The notes under the pieces were generated by a model. It worked only from the letters and a program-made list of their open reading frames with translations. It was not told the origin of the DNA and searched no databases. Below are positions 20,167-32,229 of a DNA stretch of 64,000 nucleotides, piece after piece. The stretch is from Vulcanimicrobiota bacterium (GTDB lineage: Bacteria; Vulcanimicrobiota; Vulcanimicrobiia; Vulcanimicrobiales; Vulcanimicrobiaceae): assembly GCA_963812155.1 (NCBI GenBank), contig CAWETW010000001.1:224001-288000 (forward strand). Direction: 5' to 3'. The position numbers and the translations under genes were made by a program. Every line of letters begins with the position of its first letter. Position 1 is the stretch's first letter.

Positions 20167-20466
20167 CGCGTGTCTCCATCGTTACCGATGGCGCAGACTA
20201 TATCTTCATCCTGCTCGGGCATTTGCTCGAGCGAGGAGCCGGCGTATTATGGCGGTCGTAGATTTACTCGAAACAACGAGTAGTGACTCACCATCTCGTC
20301 GCTCCACGTAGTGGAAGCGACTCAGTCGTTACGGGGTCAGACGGCATGATTGCGCGTCAGACTTCCCACGGTATTGTCCTCGGCCTCAGTCCACGAGTCC
20401 GATCGGAGTTCACCGTTATAAGCCGGAACTTTAAATGATGTTTCCATCATTTCACCCCTAATGTTG
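20167..20466 (-). mobile_element. Group I intron (IA-like, ORF-less) at 23S position 2500 (E. coli numbering)
   Basis: Interrupts GGCACCU|CGAUGUC; has P1 with U.G, P2, P3, P4, R (GUAACGACUG), P7.1/P7.2, S (GAAGAUAUAGUC), P9 GNRA and terminal G. Confidence 0.92.
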
Positions 20467-20493
20467 AGGTGCCAAACCTCCCCGTCGATGTGG

Positions 20494-20529
<36 letters not shown>

Positions 20530-20543
20530 GCTTTTATCCGATA

Positions 20544-20579
<36 letters not shown>

Positions 20580-20669
20580 TAGCCCTGCTTTCGCACCTGC
20601 TCGACTTGTACGTCTCGCAGTCAAGCTCCCTTATGCCTATGCACTCTGTACGAACGGTTTCTGACCGTC

Positions 20670-20737
<68 letters not shown>

Positions 20738-20996
20738 ACCATGTCCTACCGACCAGATAATGGCGGCTAGTTAGAATCCCAAGATTATCAGGGTGGTATC
20801 CCAACGTTGCCTCCCCAACGACTAGCGCCGCTGGATCATCGGCTCCCACCTATCCTGTACAGACAATCTCAAAACCCAAGATCAGGATACAGTAAAGCTT
20901 CACGGGGTCTTTCCGTCCTGCTGCGGGTAACCAGCATCTTCACTGGTACTGCAATTTCGCCGAGATCCCCATTGAGACAGCGTCCAAGTCGTTACT

Positions 20997-21048
<52 letters not shown>

Positions 21049-21552
21049 GGTTATAGTTACCGCCGCCGTTTACTGGGGCTTCAGATCAAAGCTTCGCTTG
21101 CGCTAACCTCTCCCTTTAACCTTCCAGCACCGGGCAGGAGTCAGCCCCTATACGTCCGCTTTCGCGTTCGCAGAGACCTGTGTTTTTGTTAAACAGTCGC
21201 TTGGACCTATTTTGTGCCGCCTTCCTCAGCTTTCGACGCGAAGTCTAGACCAAAGAAGGCACCCCTTCTCCCTAAGTTACGGGGTCAATTTGCCGAGTTC
21301 CTTAACAGGGATTCTCTCGTCGCCTTAGCATGCTCTGCCAGTCTACCAGTGTCGGTGTGCGGTACGGGCACCTACGATCCTTCCTAGAGGCTTTTCTTGG
21401 CAGCGTGGAGTCAGTCACTTCGGCTCCGAAGAGCCTCGCATTCGCTTCTCGGCGTTACGTGTTGCGGATTTACCTACAACACCGCCTAACGGCTTAGACG
21501 CGCACATCCAATGGCGCGCTGACCTATCCTCCTGCGTCACCCCATCGGTTCA

Positions 21553-21735
21553 TAGACTCTGATAGGCGGTATTAGACGTCGCGGGTCCTTTTGACGATCG
21601 CGTCGTCGCGCTTCGGTTACGATCCATATAGATCGCTCCCTCAACGCTCCTAGCGCTCGCGCAAGAAGTCCTCGCGAGGAGCAAGCTCCTGCGAGGCTGA
21701 CCGTTACGATTTCTGACACTGTCTAACGGAGTCTA
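21553..21735 (-). other. Structured 23S insertion (IVS or expansion segment) at the H54/H55 junction
   Basis: 183 nt extra sequence closed by TAGACTC...GAGTCTA, shortly 3' of helix 53. Confidence 0.8.
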
Positions 21736-22666
21736 AACGGTCGTCGGTGGTAGCAGAATATGAACTGCTTGTGCATCGCCTACGCTTCTCAGCCTCGGCT
21801 TAGCTCCCGACTCACCCTGAGACGATTGACGTTGCTCAGGAAACCTTAGACTTCCGGCGTGCGGGGTTCTCACCCGCATTTCTCGCTACTTATACCTGCA
21901 TTCGCACTTGTGGGTCGTCCACGCGTCCTTACGGTCGCGCTTCAGCCTACACCACAACGCTCCCCTACCGATTAGTTTACTAATCCCAAAGCTTCGGTTC
22001 GATGCTTGAGCCCCGTTGACATTTTCGGCGCCCCATCACTCGACTAGTGAGCTATTACGCACTCTTTCAAGGGTGGCTGCTTCTAAGCCAACCTCCTAGT
22101 TGTCTAAGCGACAAGACTTCCTTTACCACTGAGCATCGATTAGGGACCTTAGCTGTTGATCTGGGCTGTTTCCCTTTTGACCATGGAGCTTATCCCCCAC
22201 AGTCTGACTGCTATGCGGTTCGCCGCGGTATTCGGAGTTTGATTGGGTTCGGTAGTCTGGTAAGACCCCTAGCCCTGTCAGTGCTCTACCCCCGCGGGTT
22301 AACACATAACGCTAGTCCTAAAACTATTTCGGGGAGAACCAGCTATCTCCGAGCTCGATTGGCTTTTCACCCCTATCCACAAGTCATCCAATGTTTTTTC
22401 AACAACAACAGGTTCGGGCCTCCACATGAGTTTAATCATGCTTCACCCTGCTCATGGATAGATCGCTCGGTTTCGGGTCTACTGCAACGGACAAACGCCC
22501 TATTCAGACTCGCTTTCGCTACGGCTCCGGTTCAACACCTTAACCAAGCCCGTTACAAGTAACTCGCAGGTTCATTCTTCAATAGGCACGCGATCAGCCT
22601 TGCTTGCGCATGGGCCTTTCACGGTTTGTAGGCACGCGGTTTCATGTTCTATTTCACTCCCCTCCC

Positions 22667-22700
<34 letters not shown>

Positions 22701-23332
22701 TCACTATCGGTCTCCACAGAATATTTAGCCTTGGAAGATGGTCCTCCCAGTTTCAGACAGGGTTTCTCGTGCCCCGCCCTACTCACGGATAACGCCGCGA
22801 GATCGATGGCTTTCGTCTACAGGACTTTCACCTTCTATGGTGCGGCTTTCCAGCCGGCTTCTACTAGCTATCGATTTTCTTACTCGCGCTCGGATAATCA
22901 GCTCCGAGACGGCTACCGTACAACCCCGCTCGTGCAACGCCTGAATGCTTGCACACGAACGGTTTAGGCTGTTCCCAGTTCGCTCGCCACTACTACGGGA
23001 ATCTCGTTTGATGTCTGTTCCTCCGGCTACTTAGATGTTTCAGTTCACCGGGTGCGCTCACTCGCGACTATTGAATTCATCGCGGTGTCCATGCCCATGA
23101 CGGCATGGGGGTTGCCCCATTCGGATATCGCCGGATCATCGCTTCTTAGCAGCTCCCCGACGCTTTTCGCAGCTTGGCACGTCCTTCATCGCCTGTGGAA
23201 CCAAGGTATCCACCTGCATGCCCTTATTTCATTTTGATTTGATACGCAAAATTGCACCATCGTTCACCGCGGCTCTTCGCACTAGGCTCAGAGTGTCACG
23301 GTTGTGATGGCCGCTTCATGTGTTGCGACACA

Positions 23333-23355
23333 TGAAGGTTCTTTTCCATACAGTT
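23333..23355 (-). other. 23S processing stem arm, pairs with 19721-19743
   Basis: TGAAGGTTCTTTTCCATACAGTT is nearly the reverse complement of AACTGTACGGAAAAGAACCTTCA; boxA-like GATCTTTGAAAA is adjacent. Confidence 0.75.
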
Positions 23356-23700
23356 TTCAAAGATCTCTCTCGCGGCGGCTCGCGTCGTTGCCGTCACGGC
23401 TCGTGTACCGTAGCACACTTCGCCGGCCGGCGCCTTGCGATCCATCCGCGATTCTCGAGGGTCGTTCCCTCAAAGCTGAACAGTGCAGCACCTTTTGGTA
23501 TTTCTACCTCGGTAGACCCCCATTGCGGGAGCCGCGCATTCGAAAACGGTGTCGATTACCGTTCGCGGCCACGCTCGCCTCCGGCCCTACGGTCGGGTTG
23601 ACCGATGAGGCTCCTTGGCGTTTGGTGGCATAAGTCTGTGGTCGACTTAGGTAGGTACGCCGGCGCACGCGTGAAAGTTCACGCGCCGTCGACATGTACT

Positions 23701-25207
<1,507 letters not shown>

Positions 25208-25487
25208 AAACTCTATGGAAAGCCAATCAAGGCTCTCTAATTTCGCGCGCCGTTTCAGAACCGTTTGCGACTCGGTTCGCATCCCGAAGGATGCCGGCAG
25301 AATTGTACGTTCTCGCGATTCTCAAAGACATTGCCAGAATCGACCTTGTCTTAGAGGTCGGAGACCCACAGACTATTTGCGCTGCTGCACTGTTCAGTTT
25401 TCAAGGAGCGAACCTAAGCGGCCGGGTCTGTCGCACGCGTATCTTGTCGACCGCGTTTTGCGCCCGGCGGCTAGAGTCACGAAGGCT

Positions 25488-25516
25488 ATCTTATCGCCGG
25501 GGTCCCGGCGTGTCAA
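25488..25516 (-). promoter_or_regulatory. rrn promoter
   Basis: TTGACA (25516-25511), 17 bp, TAAGAT (25493-25488); boxA-like GCTCCTTGAAAA near 25400. Confidence 0.8.
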
Positions 25517-25645
25517 GGAAAGCTGCCGTATTAGGCCCCATCGGGGACTGACCGCTTCGCACGGGCGGCCGGCCTTCAGGCGCCGCCCTCTACCTTTCCT
25601 GAAACCGGCTCGCGACCGGTTGGTTGCAGCCAGCCCCGGCGAGCG

Positions 25646-27211
25646 TCAGACTTTTCGCGAAATCGTCTTTGCCTGCATGAACAACAACAGGTAGTCGGGG
25701 CCGCCGGCTTTGCTGTCGGTGCCGGACATGTTGAAGCCGCCGAAGGGATGGGCGCCCACCATCGCCCCCGTGCTCTTTCTATTGAAGTACAGGTTGCCGA
25801 CGAAGAACTCGTCGCGCGCCCGCGCGATTTTGCGTTCGTCGCTGGTGTAGAGGGAGCCGGTGAGACCGAACTCGGTGTTGTTCGCGATCGTCATCGCGTC
25901 ATCGAAATCTTTGGCCTTGATGACGGCGAGCACGGGACCGAATATTTCCTCTTGTGCGATCGTTGCATCGGGCGCGACGTCCGCGATGACCGTTGGTTGA
26001 AGAAAGAAGCCGACGTTCCCGACGCGCTCGCCGCCCGCGACGAGACGTCCCTCGGACTTCCCCTTTTCAATGTAGCGCGATATGGACTCGAGCGCGCTCT
26101 GGTTCACGACCGGTCCCATGTAGTTCGCGGGATCGGCCGGATCGCCGACCACAATCGTTGCGACGCGCGCGCGAAGCTTCTCCACAAACGTGTCGTATAT
26201 CGGCGCTTCGACGACGGCGCGCGAACACGCCGAGCACTTTTGTCCTTGAAACCCGAACGCCGACGCGGCAACGCCTTCGACGGCTGCGTCGAGATCGGCG
26301 TCGGCGGCGACGACGATCGAATCCTTACCGCCCATCTCCGCAACGACGCGCTTGATCCACTTTTGGCCGGCTTGCGGTTTGGCGGCGAGTTCGTTGATGT
26401 GCAGTCCGACTTCTTTCGAGCCGGTAAACGAAATGAAGCGCACGAGCGGATGCGACACGATGAGATCGCCGATCGTGCCCCCGGATCCAGGAACGAAGTT
26501 TACGACGCCGTCGGGCACGCCCGCTTCGCGCAGCAAGTCGACGAACCACGCCGCAATAATCGCCGCATCGCTCGAAGGTTTGAGCACGACCGTATTACCG
26601 GCGACGATTGCCGCGGCCGTCATTCCGGCCATGATCGCGCCGGCAAAATTCCACGGCGGGATGACGGCGCCGACGCCCAACGGGATGTAAATCATCTCGT
26701 TGCGCTCGCCTTCGAACGGCACGATGGGATGCGGGCGCGCGTAGCGCAACGCTTCGCGCGCGTAGAACTCCAGAAAGTCGATCGCTTCGGCGATGTCACC
26801 ATCGGCTTCGGGCCAACTCTTGCCGACTTCGTACACGAGGAGCGCGTCGTACTCGAATCGCCGGCGGCGAAGCAACTCGGCAGCTTTAAAAATATACGCT
26901 GCCCGGTCCTCGAGCGTCAGCCGTTTCCACGACTCGAACGCGCGCGCCGCCGCCTCGATGGCTTGGGCAGCTTGTTCTTTCGACGCCGAACTCGTGAGGC
27001 CGACGACCTGCGACGGGTCGGCCGGGTTCAGCGACCGGATCTTGGCGTCGGTTTCGATGCGTTTTCCGCCGATGACGAGGGGATAGTGTTTGCCGAAGCC
27101 TGCTCTGACCGAGTCGAGCGCGGCGCGCATCGCCGCCGCATCGGCGGGGTCGCTGAAGTCCTTGACGATTTCGTTTTTGAAGGGCGCGGTGCGCTCGAGC
27201 GTCGTGGTCAT
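25646..27211 (-). CDS. pruA: 1-pyrroline-5-carboxylate dehydrogenase
   Basis: PFKNE, IPPWNF, FTGS, EMGGK, GFQGQKCSACS, EEIFGP, GGPDYL. Confidence 0.92.
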   Translation of the reverse strand: MTTTLERTAPFKNEIVKDFSDPADAAAMRAALDSVRAGFGKHYPLVIGGKRIETDAKIRSLNPADPSQVVGLTSSASKEQAAQAIEAAARAFESWKRLTLEDRAAYIFKAAELLRRRRFEYDALLVYEVGKSWPEADGDIAEAIDFLEFYAREALRYARPHPIVPFEGERNEMIYIPLGVGAVIPPWNFAGAIMAGMTAAAIVAGNTVVLKPSSDAAIIAAWFVDLLREAGVPDGVVNFVPGSGGTIGDLIVSHPLVRFISFTGSKEVGLHINELAAKPQAGQKWIKRVVAEMGGKDSIVVAADADLDAAVEGVAASAFGFQGQKCSACSRAVVEAPIYDTFVEKLRARVATIVVGDPADPANYMGPVVNQSALESISRYIEKGKSEGRLVAGGERVGNVGFFLQPTVIADVAPDATIAQEEIFGPVLAVIKAKDFDDAMTIANNTEFGLTGSLYTSDERKIARARDEFFVGNLYFNRKSTGAMVGAHPFGGFNMSGTDSKAGGPDYLLLFMQAKTISRKV

Positions 27212-27304
27212 GCTTGCGTAGTACCAGGGCCGCCACCGGGCCTCCTCGCGGGGGACACGCGCCGCCGTCGTGGCGAAATGGACGTGCGTGAATTCCAGCA
27301 CTGA

Positions 27305-27670
27305 ATGCTCGTGCGCCAACTGATCGCCGTCGCCGTCGCCTCGGTCTTTCTCGGCGTCGGCCTTGCGGGCGAACCGCTGCTGCCGTTGCGCGCGTTGCTC
27401 GCCGGCATTCTAGTCGTCGGAACGGCGTTGCTGCTGGGCAGGCGCGCGTCGCCGCTACTCGTTTTCTTCATCGGATTTTTCGGCGTCGTGGTGACGCACG
27501 TCCTACAGGACCAGGACCCGTATCTGCTCGGTACCGGCGTTGTCGCGCTGGCGCTGGGCGCGCTGGCCGCTTCCTCGTACGGACGCCGACAGGCGCCCGC
27601 ATTTCTCATCGTGCTCGGAGCGGTCGTTGGCGCAGGCCTCTTCTTCGGGGGCGTTCCGGCGGGCTATTAG
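27305..27670 (+). CDS. Hypothetical membrane protein
   Basis: Hydrophobic 121-aa ORF filling an intergenic space. Confidence 0.6.
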   Translation: MLVRQLIAVAVASVFLGVGLAGEPLLPLRALLAGILVVGTALLLGRRASPLLVFFIGFFGVVVTHVLQDQDPYLLGTGVVALALGALAASSYGRRQAPAFLIVLGAVVGAGLFFGGVPAGY

Positions 27671-28036
27671 TCACGCATGTCGCGCGACGCGGCCGCCCAC
27701 TGCGACGCCCAGCGCGGCGACGACGAAGCAGAGCGCGGCCGTCATGACGGTCGAACCGATGGCCTCGCGTCCCGCTTGATTCGGCGCAATCCACGCCCCG
27801 ACGTGCGATGCGACGAACGTTCCGATGGTCGCGTCGGCAATCACCGCAATCGCCACCGCAACGAGCGCACGCGGCCAGCGCAAACGCTGACCCGCTATGA
27901 TGCCGTAGGCTGCGAACAAGATGACCGCCAGCAACGCAAACTGTCCGTAGTTGAAGGCGAACGCGCGCGCGATGGCGGCCGCAACCGCGTCGAAGGCGAC
28001 CGCGACGGCCGAGAAAAGCAACGCCAGTCTCAGCAT
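27671..28036 (-). CDS. Hypothetical membrane protein
   Basis: Four TM-like segments; co-oriented downstream of rplQ. Confidence 0.6.
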   Translation of the reverse strand: MLRLALLFSAVAVAFDAVAAAIARAFAFNYGQFALLAVILFAAYGIIAGQRLRWPRALVAVAIAVIADATIGTFVASHVGAWIAPNQAGREAIGSTVMTAALCFVVAALGVAVGGRVARHA

Positions 28037-28057
28037 GCGCGCGCTTCTAGGGAACCT

Positions 28058-28411
28058 TTACTTCACCAGTTCGATCAGCGAAAGTTCGGCCGCATCGCCG
28101 GGCCGGACCCGCGTTTTCGTAACGCGGGTGTAGCCGCCGCTGCGACCCTTCAAGGCCGGTGCGATCTGCTCGACGAGTTTTTTGACGACGGCCGGTTCGG
28201 TGATGAACTCGGCGAGGTTGCGGCGCGCCGCCAGATCGCCGGCTAGCGCGGCGGTGATCAAGCGCTCTATGACCGGACCGATCTCCTTGGCCTTGGCCGA
28301 CGTCGTTTCAATCTTCTCGTGTTTGAAGAACGACGTTGCAAGATTGCGAAGGAGCGCCTTGCGGTGTCCGTCGGTACGCGAGAGCCGTTTGTAGGCGATA
28401 TTGTGCGGCAT
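28058..28411 (-). CDS. rplQ: 50S ribosomal protein L17
   Basis: HRKALLRNLAT, IETT...AKE, GGYTR. Confidence 0.97.
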   Translation of the reverse strand: MPHNIAYKRLSRTDGHRKALLRNLATSFFKHEKIETTSAKAKEIGPVIERLITAALAGDLAARRNLAEFITEPAVVKKLVEQIAPALKGRSGGYTRVTKTRVRPGDAAELSLIELVK

Positions 28412-28422
28412 GTCGTCAATCG

Positions 28423-29349
28423 CTACGATAGACGCAGCGACAGCCCCCTCTCCGTAAGCACCTGTTTGATTTCGTCCAGCGACTTCTTTCCGAAGTTGCG
28501 CATCTTCATAATCTCGTCCTCGGTGAGATCGAGCAGTTCGGAGACCTTCGAGATGCCGGCGCGCTTGAGGCAGTTGAACGAACGAACCGAGAGATTCAGC
28601 GTTTCAACCGGCACGTCCCATTCGTTGGGCGGCGCCTCGGGAAGCGGTTCGGCGCGGTTGGTGAACGAGACGAACAGGTCCATTTGCTCCTGGACGATCT
28701 GCGCCGCGGTCGAGAGCGCCTCTTCGGGCGTCACCGAACCGTTCGTTTCGATTTCGACGGTGAGCCGGTCGAAATCCACGCTTTGTCCGACGCGCGTGTC
28801 GTCGACCGTGAAGTTCACCTTGCGAATCGGCGAAAACATCGAGTCGAGCGGAATCAATCCGATCATGTGCTCGATGTTCCGCTGGCGGTCGGCCATCACG
28901 TAGCCGCGACCCTTTTCGACGCCGATTTCCATCGAAAGCTTGGCGTCTTTTGCCGAGAGCGTTGCAAGCCGATACGCCGGGTCGAGAATCTCGACGTCGG
29001 CGTCGGGAGCGATGTCGCCGGCCGTCACGTCGCGAGCTCCGCCCGCGTTGAGCATCAGCACCTTGGGTTCGTCGGTATTCAACTTCACCGGCAAACCCTT
29101 GAGATTGAGCATTAGCGCGATCGTATCTTCCACCATACCGGGGATGGTAGAAAACTCGTGCAGCACGCCGTCGATCTTCATGTACGTAACGGCCGCACCC
29201 GGGATCGAACTAAGCAGCACGCGCCGCAGCGCGTTGCCGAGCGTAATGCCGAATCCGCGCTCGAGGGGCTCGATCACGAACTTCGCGTAGTGATCGCGCC
29301 GTTCGCGAACTTCGATCGTCGCGCCGGCGGGCGCTTCCAGAATAGTCAT
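28423..29349 (-). CDS. rpoA: RNA polymerase alpha subunit
   Basis: EPLERGFGITLGNALRR, LSVRSFNCL, NFGKKSL. Confidence 0.98.
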   Translation of the reverse strand: MTILEAPAGATIEVRERRDHYAKFVIEPLERGFGITLGNALRRVLLSSIPGAAVTYMKIDGVLHEFSTIPGMVEDTIALMLNLKGLPVKLNTDEPKVLMLNAGGARDVTAGDIAPDADVEILDPAYRLATLSAKDAKLSMEIGVEKGRGYVMADRQRNIEHMIGLIPLDSMFSPIRKVNFTVDDTRVGQSVDFDRLTVEIETNGSVTPEEALSTAAQIVQEQMDLFVSFTNRAEPLPEAPPNEWDVPVETLNLSVRSFNCLKRAGISKVSELLDLTEDEIMKMRNFGKKSLDEIKQVLTERGLSLRLS

Positions 29350-29475
29350 TGAGAAGAGTCGTCCTTTGTAACCGCTTGCGTTATCCGCCCGAGTCCTCTG
29401 ACTCGAACGATCGTACGTCTAGCAGCAGAGATGAGGAAGCGCTGAATAAATCAGACCTTCCTTAGTTGTGCGTCC

Positions 29476-30132
29476 TTATCTTGAGTAGTATTCGACGATG
29501 AGTTGCTCGTCCACCGGCGTGTCGATCTGCTCGCGCGCCGGCATCTGCAGCACTTTTCCCATCTTGTCCTGATCGTTCCAATCCAGCCATTCGGGCGGCC
29601 GCCGGCCGGCGGCGACCTCGAGATTCGACTGGAATACGGTCGACTTCAGGCTGCGCTCGCCGATCGAGATCGCGTCTCCGGGCTTGCATATGTACGACGG
29701 GATGTTCACGAGGCGGCCGTTGACGCGAAAGTGACGGTGCGTGACGAGCTGGCGCGCTTGCGCGCGGCTTCCCGACAAGTTCAGCCGATACACGATGTTA
29801 TCGAGCCGTCGCTCCAGCAACGCCAGAAACGTCTTACCGGTTTGACCCGGGACGCGCGCCGCTTCGCGAAAGTAGTTTTCGAACTGCGTTTCGTGAACGC
29901 CGTAGTAGCGGCGCATCTTCTGCTTCTCGCGAAGTTGCCGCCCGTACTCCGAAACCTTCGTGCGTGATTTGCCGGCGGTCTTCTGGCCGGGCGCGGTTCC
30001 GCGACGTTCGACGGCGCATTTTTTCGAAAGGCAGCGGTCGCCTTTTAAAAACAGTTTGATTTTTTCGCCCGTTTTGCTGGCCGCGGTTTCGCGGCGGCAC
30101 AGCCGGCATACGGGGCCGGTATAGCGCGACAT
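29476..30132 (-). CDS. rpsD: 30S ribosomal protein S4 (Cys/Zn type)
   Basis: [27 protein letters not shown]. Confidence 0.98.
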   Translation of the reverse strand: MSRYTGPVCRLCRRETAASKTGEKIKLFLKGDRCLSKKCAVERRGTAPGQKTAGKSRTKVSEYGRQLREKQKMRRYYGVHETQFENYFREAARVPGQTGKTFLALLERRLDNIVYRLNLSGSRAQARQLVTHRHFRVNGRLVNIPSYICKPGDAISIGERSLKSTVFQSNLEVAAGRRPPEWLDWNDQDKMGKVLQMPAREQIDTPVDEQLIVEYYSR

Positions 30133-30144
30133 AAACTCTCCTGA

Positions 30145-30540
30145 CTAAACCCGGCGGCGTTTCGGCGGGCGGCAGCCGTTGTGCGGAATTGGGGTGACGT
30201 CCTTGATCATCGTGATTTCGAGACCCGCGGCCTGAAGCGACCGGATTGCAGCCTCGCGTCCGCCGCCCGGGCCTTTCACGAAGACGTCGGTCGACTTCAT
30301 TCCATGGTCCATCGCCTTGCGCGCGGCCGCTTCTGCGGCCATCTGCGCCGCGAACGGCGTCGATTTCTTCGATCCTTTGAAGCCGAGATTACCGGCCGAC
30401 GCCCACGACACGACGTTTCCGTGCGGGTCGCTGATCGTTACGATCGTGTTATTGAACGACGCGTGCACGTGCGCCACGCCGGATTGAACGTTCTTGACTT
30501 CGCGCTTACGGCGCGACTTCGTTTGCTTCTTTGCAGCCAA
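30145..30540 (-). CDS. rpsK: 30S ribosomal protein S11 (TTG start)
   Basis: [28 protein letters not shown]. Confidence 0.98.
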   Translation of the reverse strand: MAAKKQTKSRRKREVKNVQSGVAHVHASFNNTIVTISDPHGNVVSWASAGNLGFKGSKKSTPFAAQMAAEAAARKAMDHGMKSTDVFVKGPGGGREAAIRSLQAAGLEITMIKDVTPIPHNGCRPPKRRRV

Positions 30541-30683
30541 CCGAAATCTCCGATATTTATCTTTCCCCGAACGACGGGGTGTCGTCGCCTCGACCCATTT
30601 TCAGGATCTGCTTTCACGAACGCTCGGCGATGGCGATCGCGCTGCCGCGGGCACCCAGGAGAGAGCGGGCGCCACAATCCGCC

Positions 30684-30712
30684 ATTCTACCCGACCCTCG
30701 GAACGAACGCAA
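30684..30712 (-). promoter_or_regulatory. Promoter for rpsK-rpsD-rpoA-rplQ
   Basis: TTGCGT (30712-30707), 17 bp, TAGAAT (30689-30684); hairpin at 30711-30736 just upstream. Confidence 0.65.
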
Positions 30713-30769
30713 GGGCCCGGCGGCTGCCGGGCCCTTGGCTGCTCTTCCGATCCCCAGCGGGGCGAAGGG

Positions 30770-32062
30770 CTAGAACTTGAGGCCTAGACCGACGTAGGCA
30801 CCGTTGAACGAGAACGAGATCGGCGCGTTGTTCTTGTTCGCACCGTTCTCGCCGGCCCAGCCGGCGTCGAGGAAGACCGGCCCTGCGACGACCCAGTTTA
30901 CGCCAACCTTGTACTTGAGCAGGTTGTAGCCGATGCCGTACGAGGTCGGGCCCGTGTTGATGGCCGCGTTGGTGTACGTACCCCTGTAGTTGGGATAGTA
31001 GTAGACGCTGCCGTAGAACGAGAGGGCCTGATCGAGGTCGGGCAGCTTCTCGATGCCGCCGCCGACCGCCTGAAGGTTCGGATAGCCGTAGTTGCTGGAA
31101 CCCCAGATGTAGCCGACCCCGATATAAACGCGCGGATTGAAGACCCGAACGCCGAGACGCACGTCGACGTCGCGGTTGACCGCGTTGAACGCCGGAACGT
31201 AGGTCGCGAAACGGCCGCCGATTGCGGTAACGTAGCACTGCGGTGCGTTTTGCGGGGTTGCAACGTTCTGCGCTACGCCGCAGGGATGCGGATAGCCCCA
31301 GTTGTTGTAATCGCCTTCAACCATCCACGGGATGTTGAACGCGTCGAATTCCATCGCGCCGCGAACCGAGAACGAACCGCCCGTCCCGCGCGACGAGTTC
31401 GCAAACTCGTTGTATATATGGGGCGAGATGATGTAATCGCCGGCCACAAACAAGTCTTTGTATTGCGGTTTCGGCGTCGGTGCGGGCGTCGGCGGCGGCG
31501 GCGGTGGTGCCGAAGCCGGCGGCGGCGGAGGCGGCGTCGCGGGAATGTAACGCACGACGACGAGATGTTTGTCGGGTACCCACAAGACGTAGGCGCCCAT
31601 CGTTTCCGAGATGACGCGCACGGGAACGAGCATGTTGCCTTGATACATCATCGGCGGGACGTCGAGCGGACGCGACTCGCCGTTGATCAACACCTCGGGC
31701 TTGCCCACGGTGACTTTGATTTCGGCGCCCGGTTTACTTACCGTCGCCGTTTGACTTCCGGCATCGTACGATACCGTCGCGCCCATTTGTTCGAACATCG
31801 AACGTAACGGAATGAGAATCGTACCGCCCTTGACGAGCGCCGCGAGCACGCGGCCTTGTTTGAGGACGTCCGGTTTGGTGTAGACGTGGTGGTCGTTATA
31901 CAGAATCGGAATTTGGCCTGACGGCGGCGTTCCGAAGTTCGCTTCGGGCGTAGACGACGTCTGTGCGAGGCTCTGCCCCGCGCCTGACGGCGCTGCAACC
32001 GCGCTGAGCGTGCCGGCAGCCGCGACTAGGACTGCGAGCAGAGCGGTGCGGGTTGGTTTCAC
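30770..32062 (-). CDS. Copper amine oxidase N-terminal (stalk) domain protein with predicted beta-barrel, paralog 3
   Basis: AGGAGG before GTG; signal peptide, IPLRSMFEQMGATV, VPVRVISE, poly-Pro linker, ends GLGLKF. Confidence 0.8.
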   Translation of the reverse strand: MKPTRTALLAVLVAAAGTLSAVAAPSGAGQSLAQTSSTPEANFGTPPSGQIPILYNDHHVYTKPDVLKQGRVLAALVKGGTILIPLRSMFEQMGATVSYDAGSQTATVSKPGAEIKVTVGKPEVLINGESRPLDVPPMMYQGNMLVPVRVISETMGAYVLWVPDKHLVVVRYIPATPPPPPPASAPPPPPPTPAPTPKPQYKDLFVAGDYIISPHIYNEFANSSRGTGGSFSVRGAMEFDAFNIPWMVEGDYNNWGYPHPCGVAQNVATPQNAPQCYVTAIGGRFATYVPAFNAVNRDVDVRLGVRVFNPRVYIGVGYIWGSSNYGYPNLQAVGGGIEKLPDLDQALSFYGSVYYYPNYRGTYTNAAINTGPTSYGIGYNLLKYKVGVNWVVAGPVFLDAGWAGENGANKNNAPISFSFNGAYVGLGLKF

Positions 32063-32160
32063 AAAAAGCCTCCTGAAAAGCAGTGAATCCGAGAGCTCGC
32101 CTGGCGGCTCTCCTCGCAACACTATGCCACGAAGCGGCCGGTCGCGCAACCCGAAAAGTG

Positions 32161-32189
32161 AGCAGGCCCCTGCCGTAGTGGGGCCTGCT
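32161..32189. terminator. Intergenic hairpin between paralogs
   Basis: AGCAGGCCC...GGGCCTGCT. Confidence 0.55.
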
Positions 32190-32229
32190 CCCTTTTGGTT
32201 ACCTTTGTCTTAGGCCCGGCTGGATCGAG

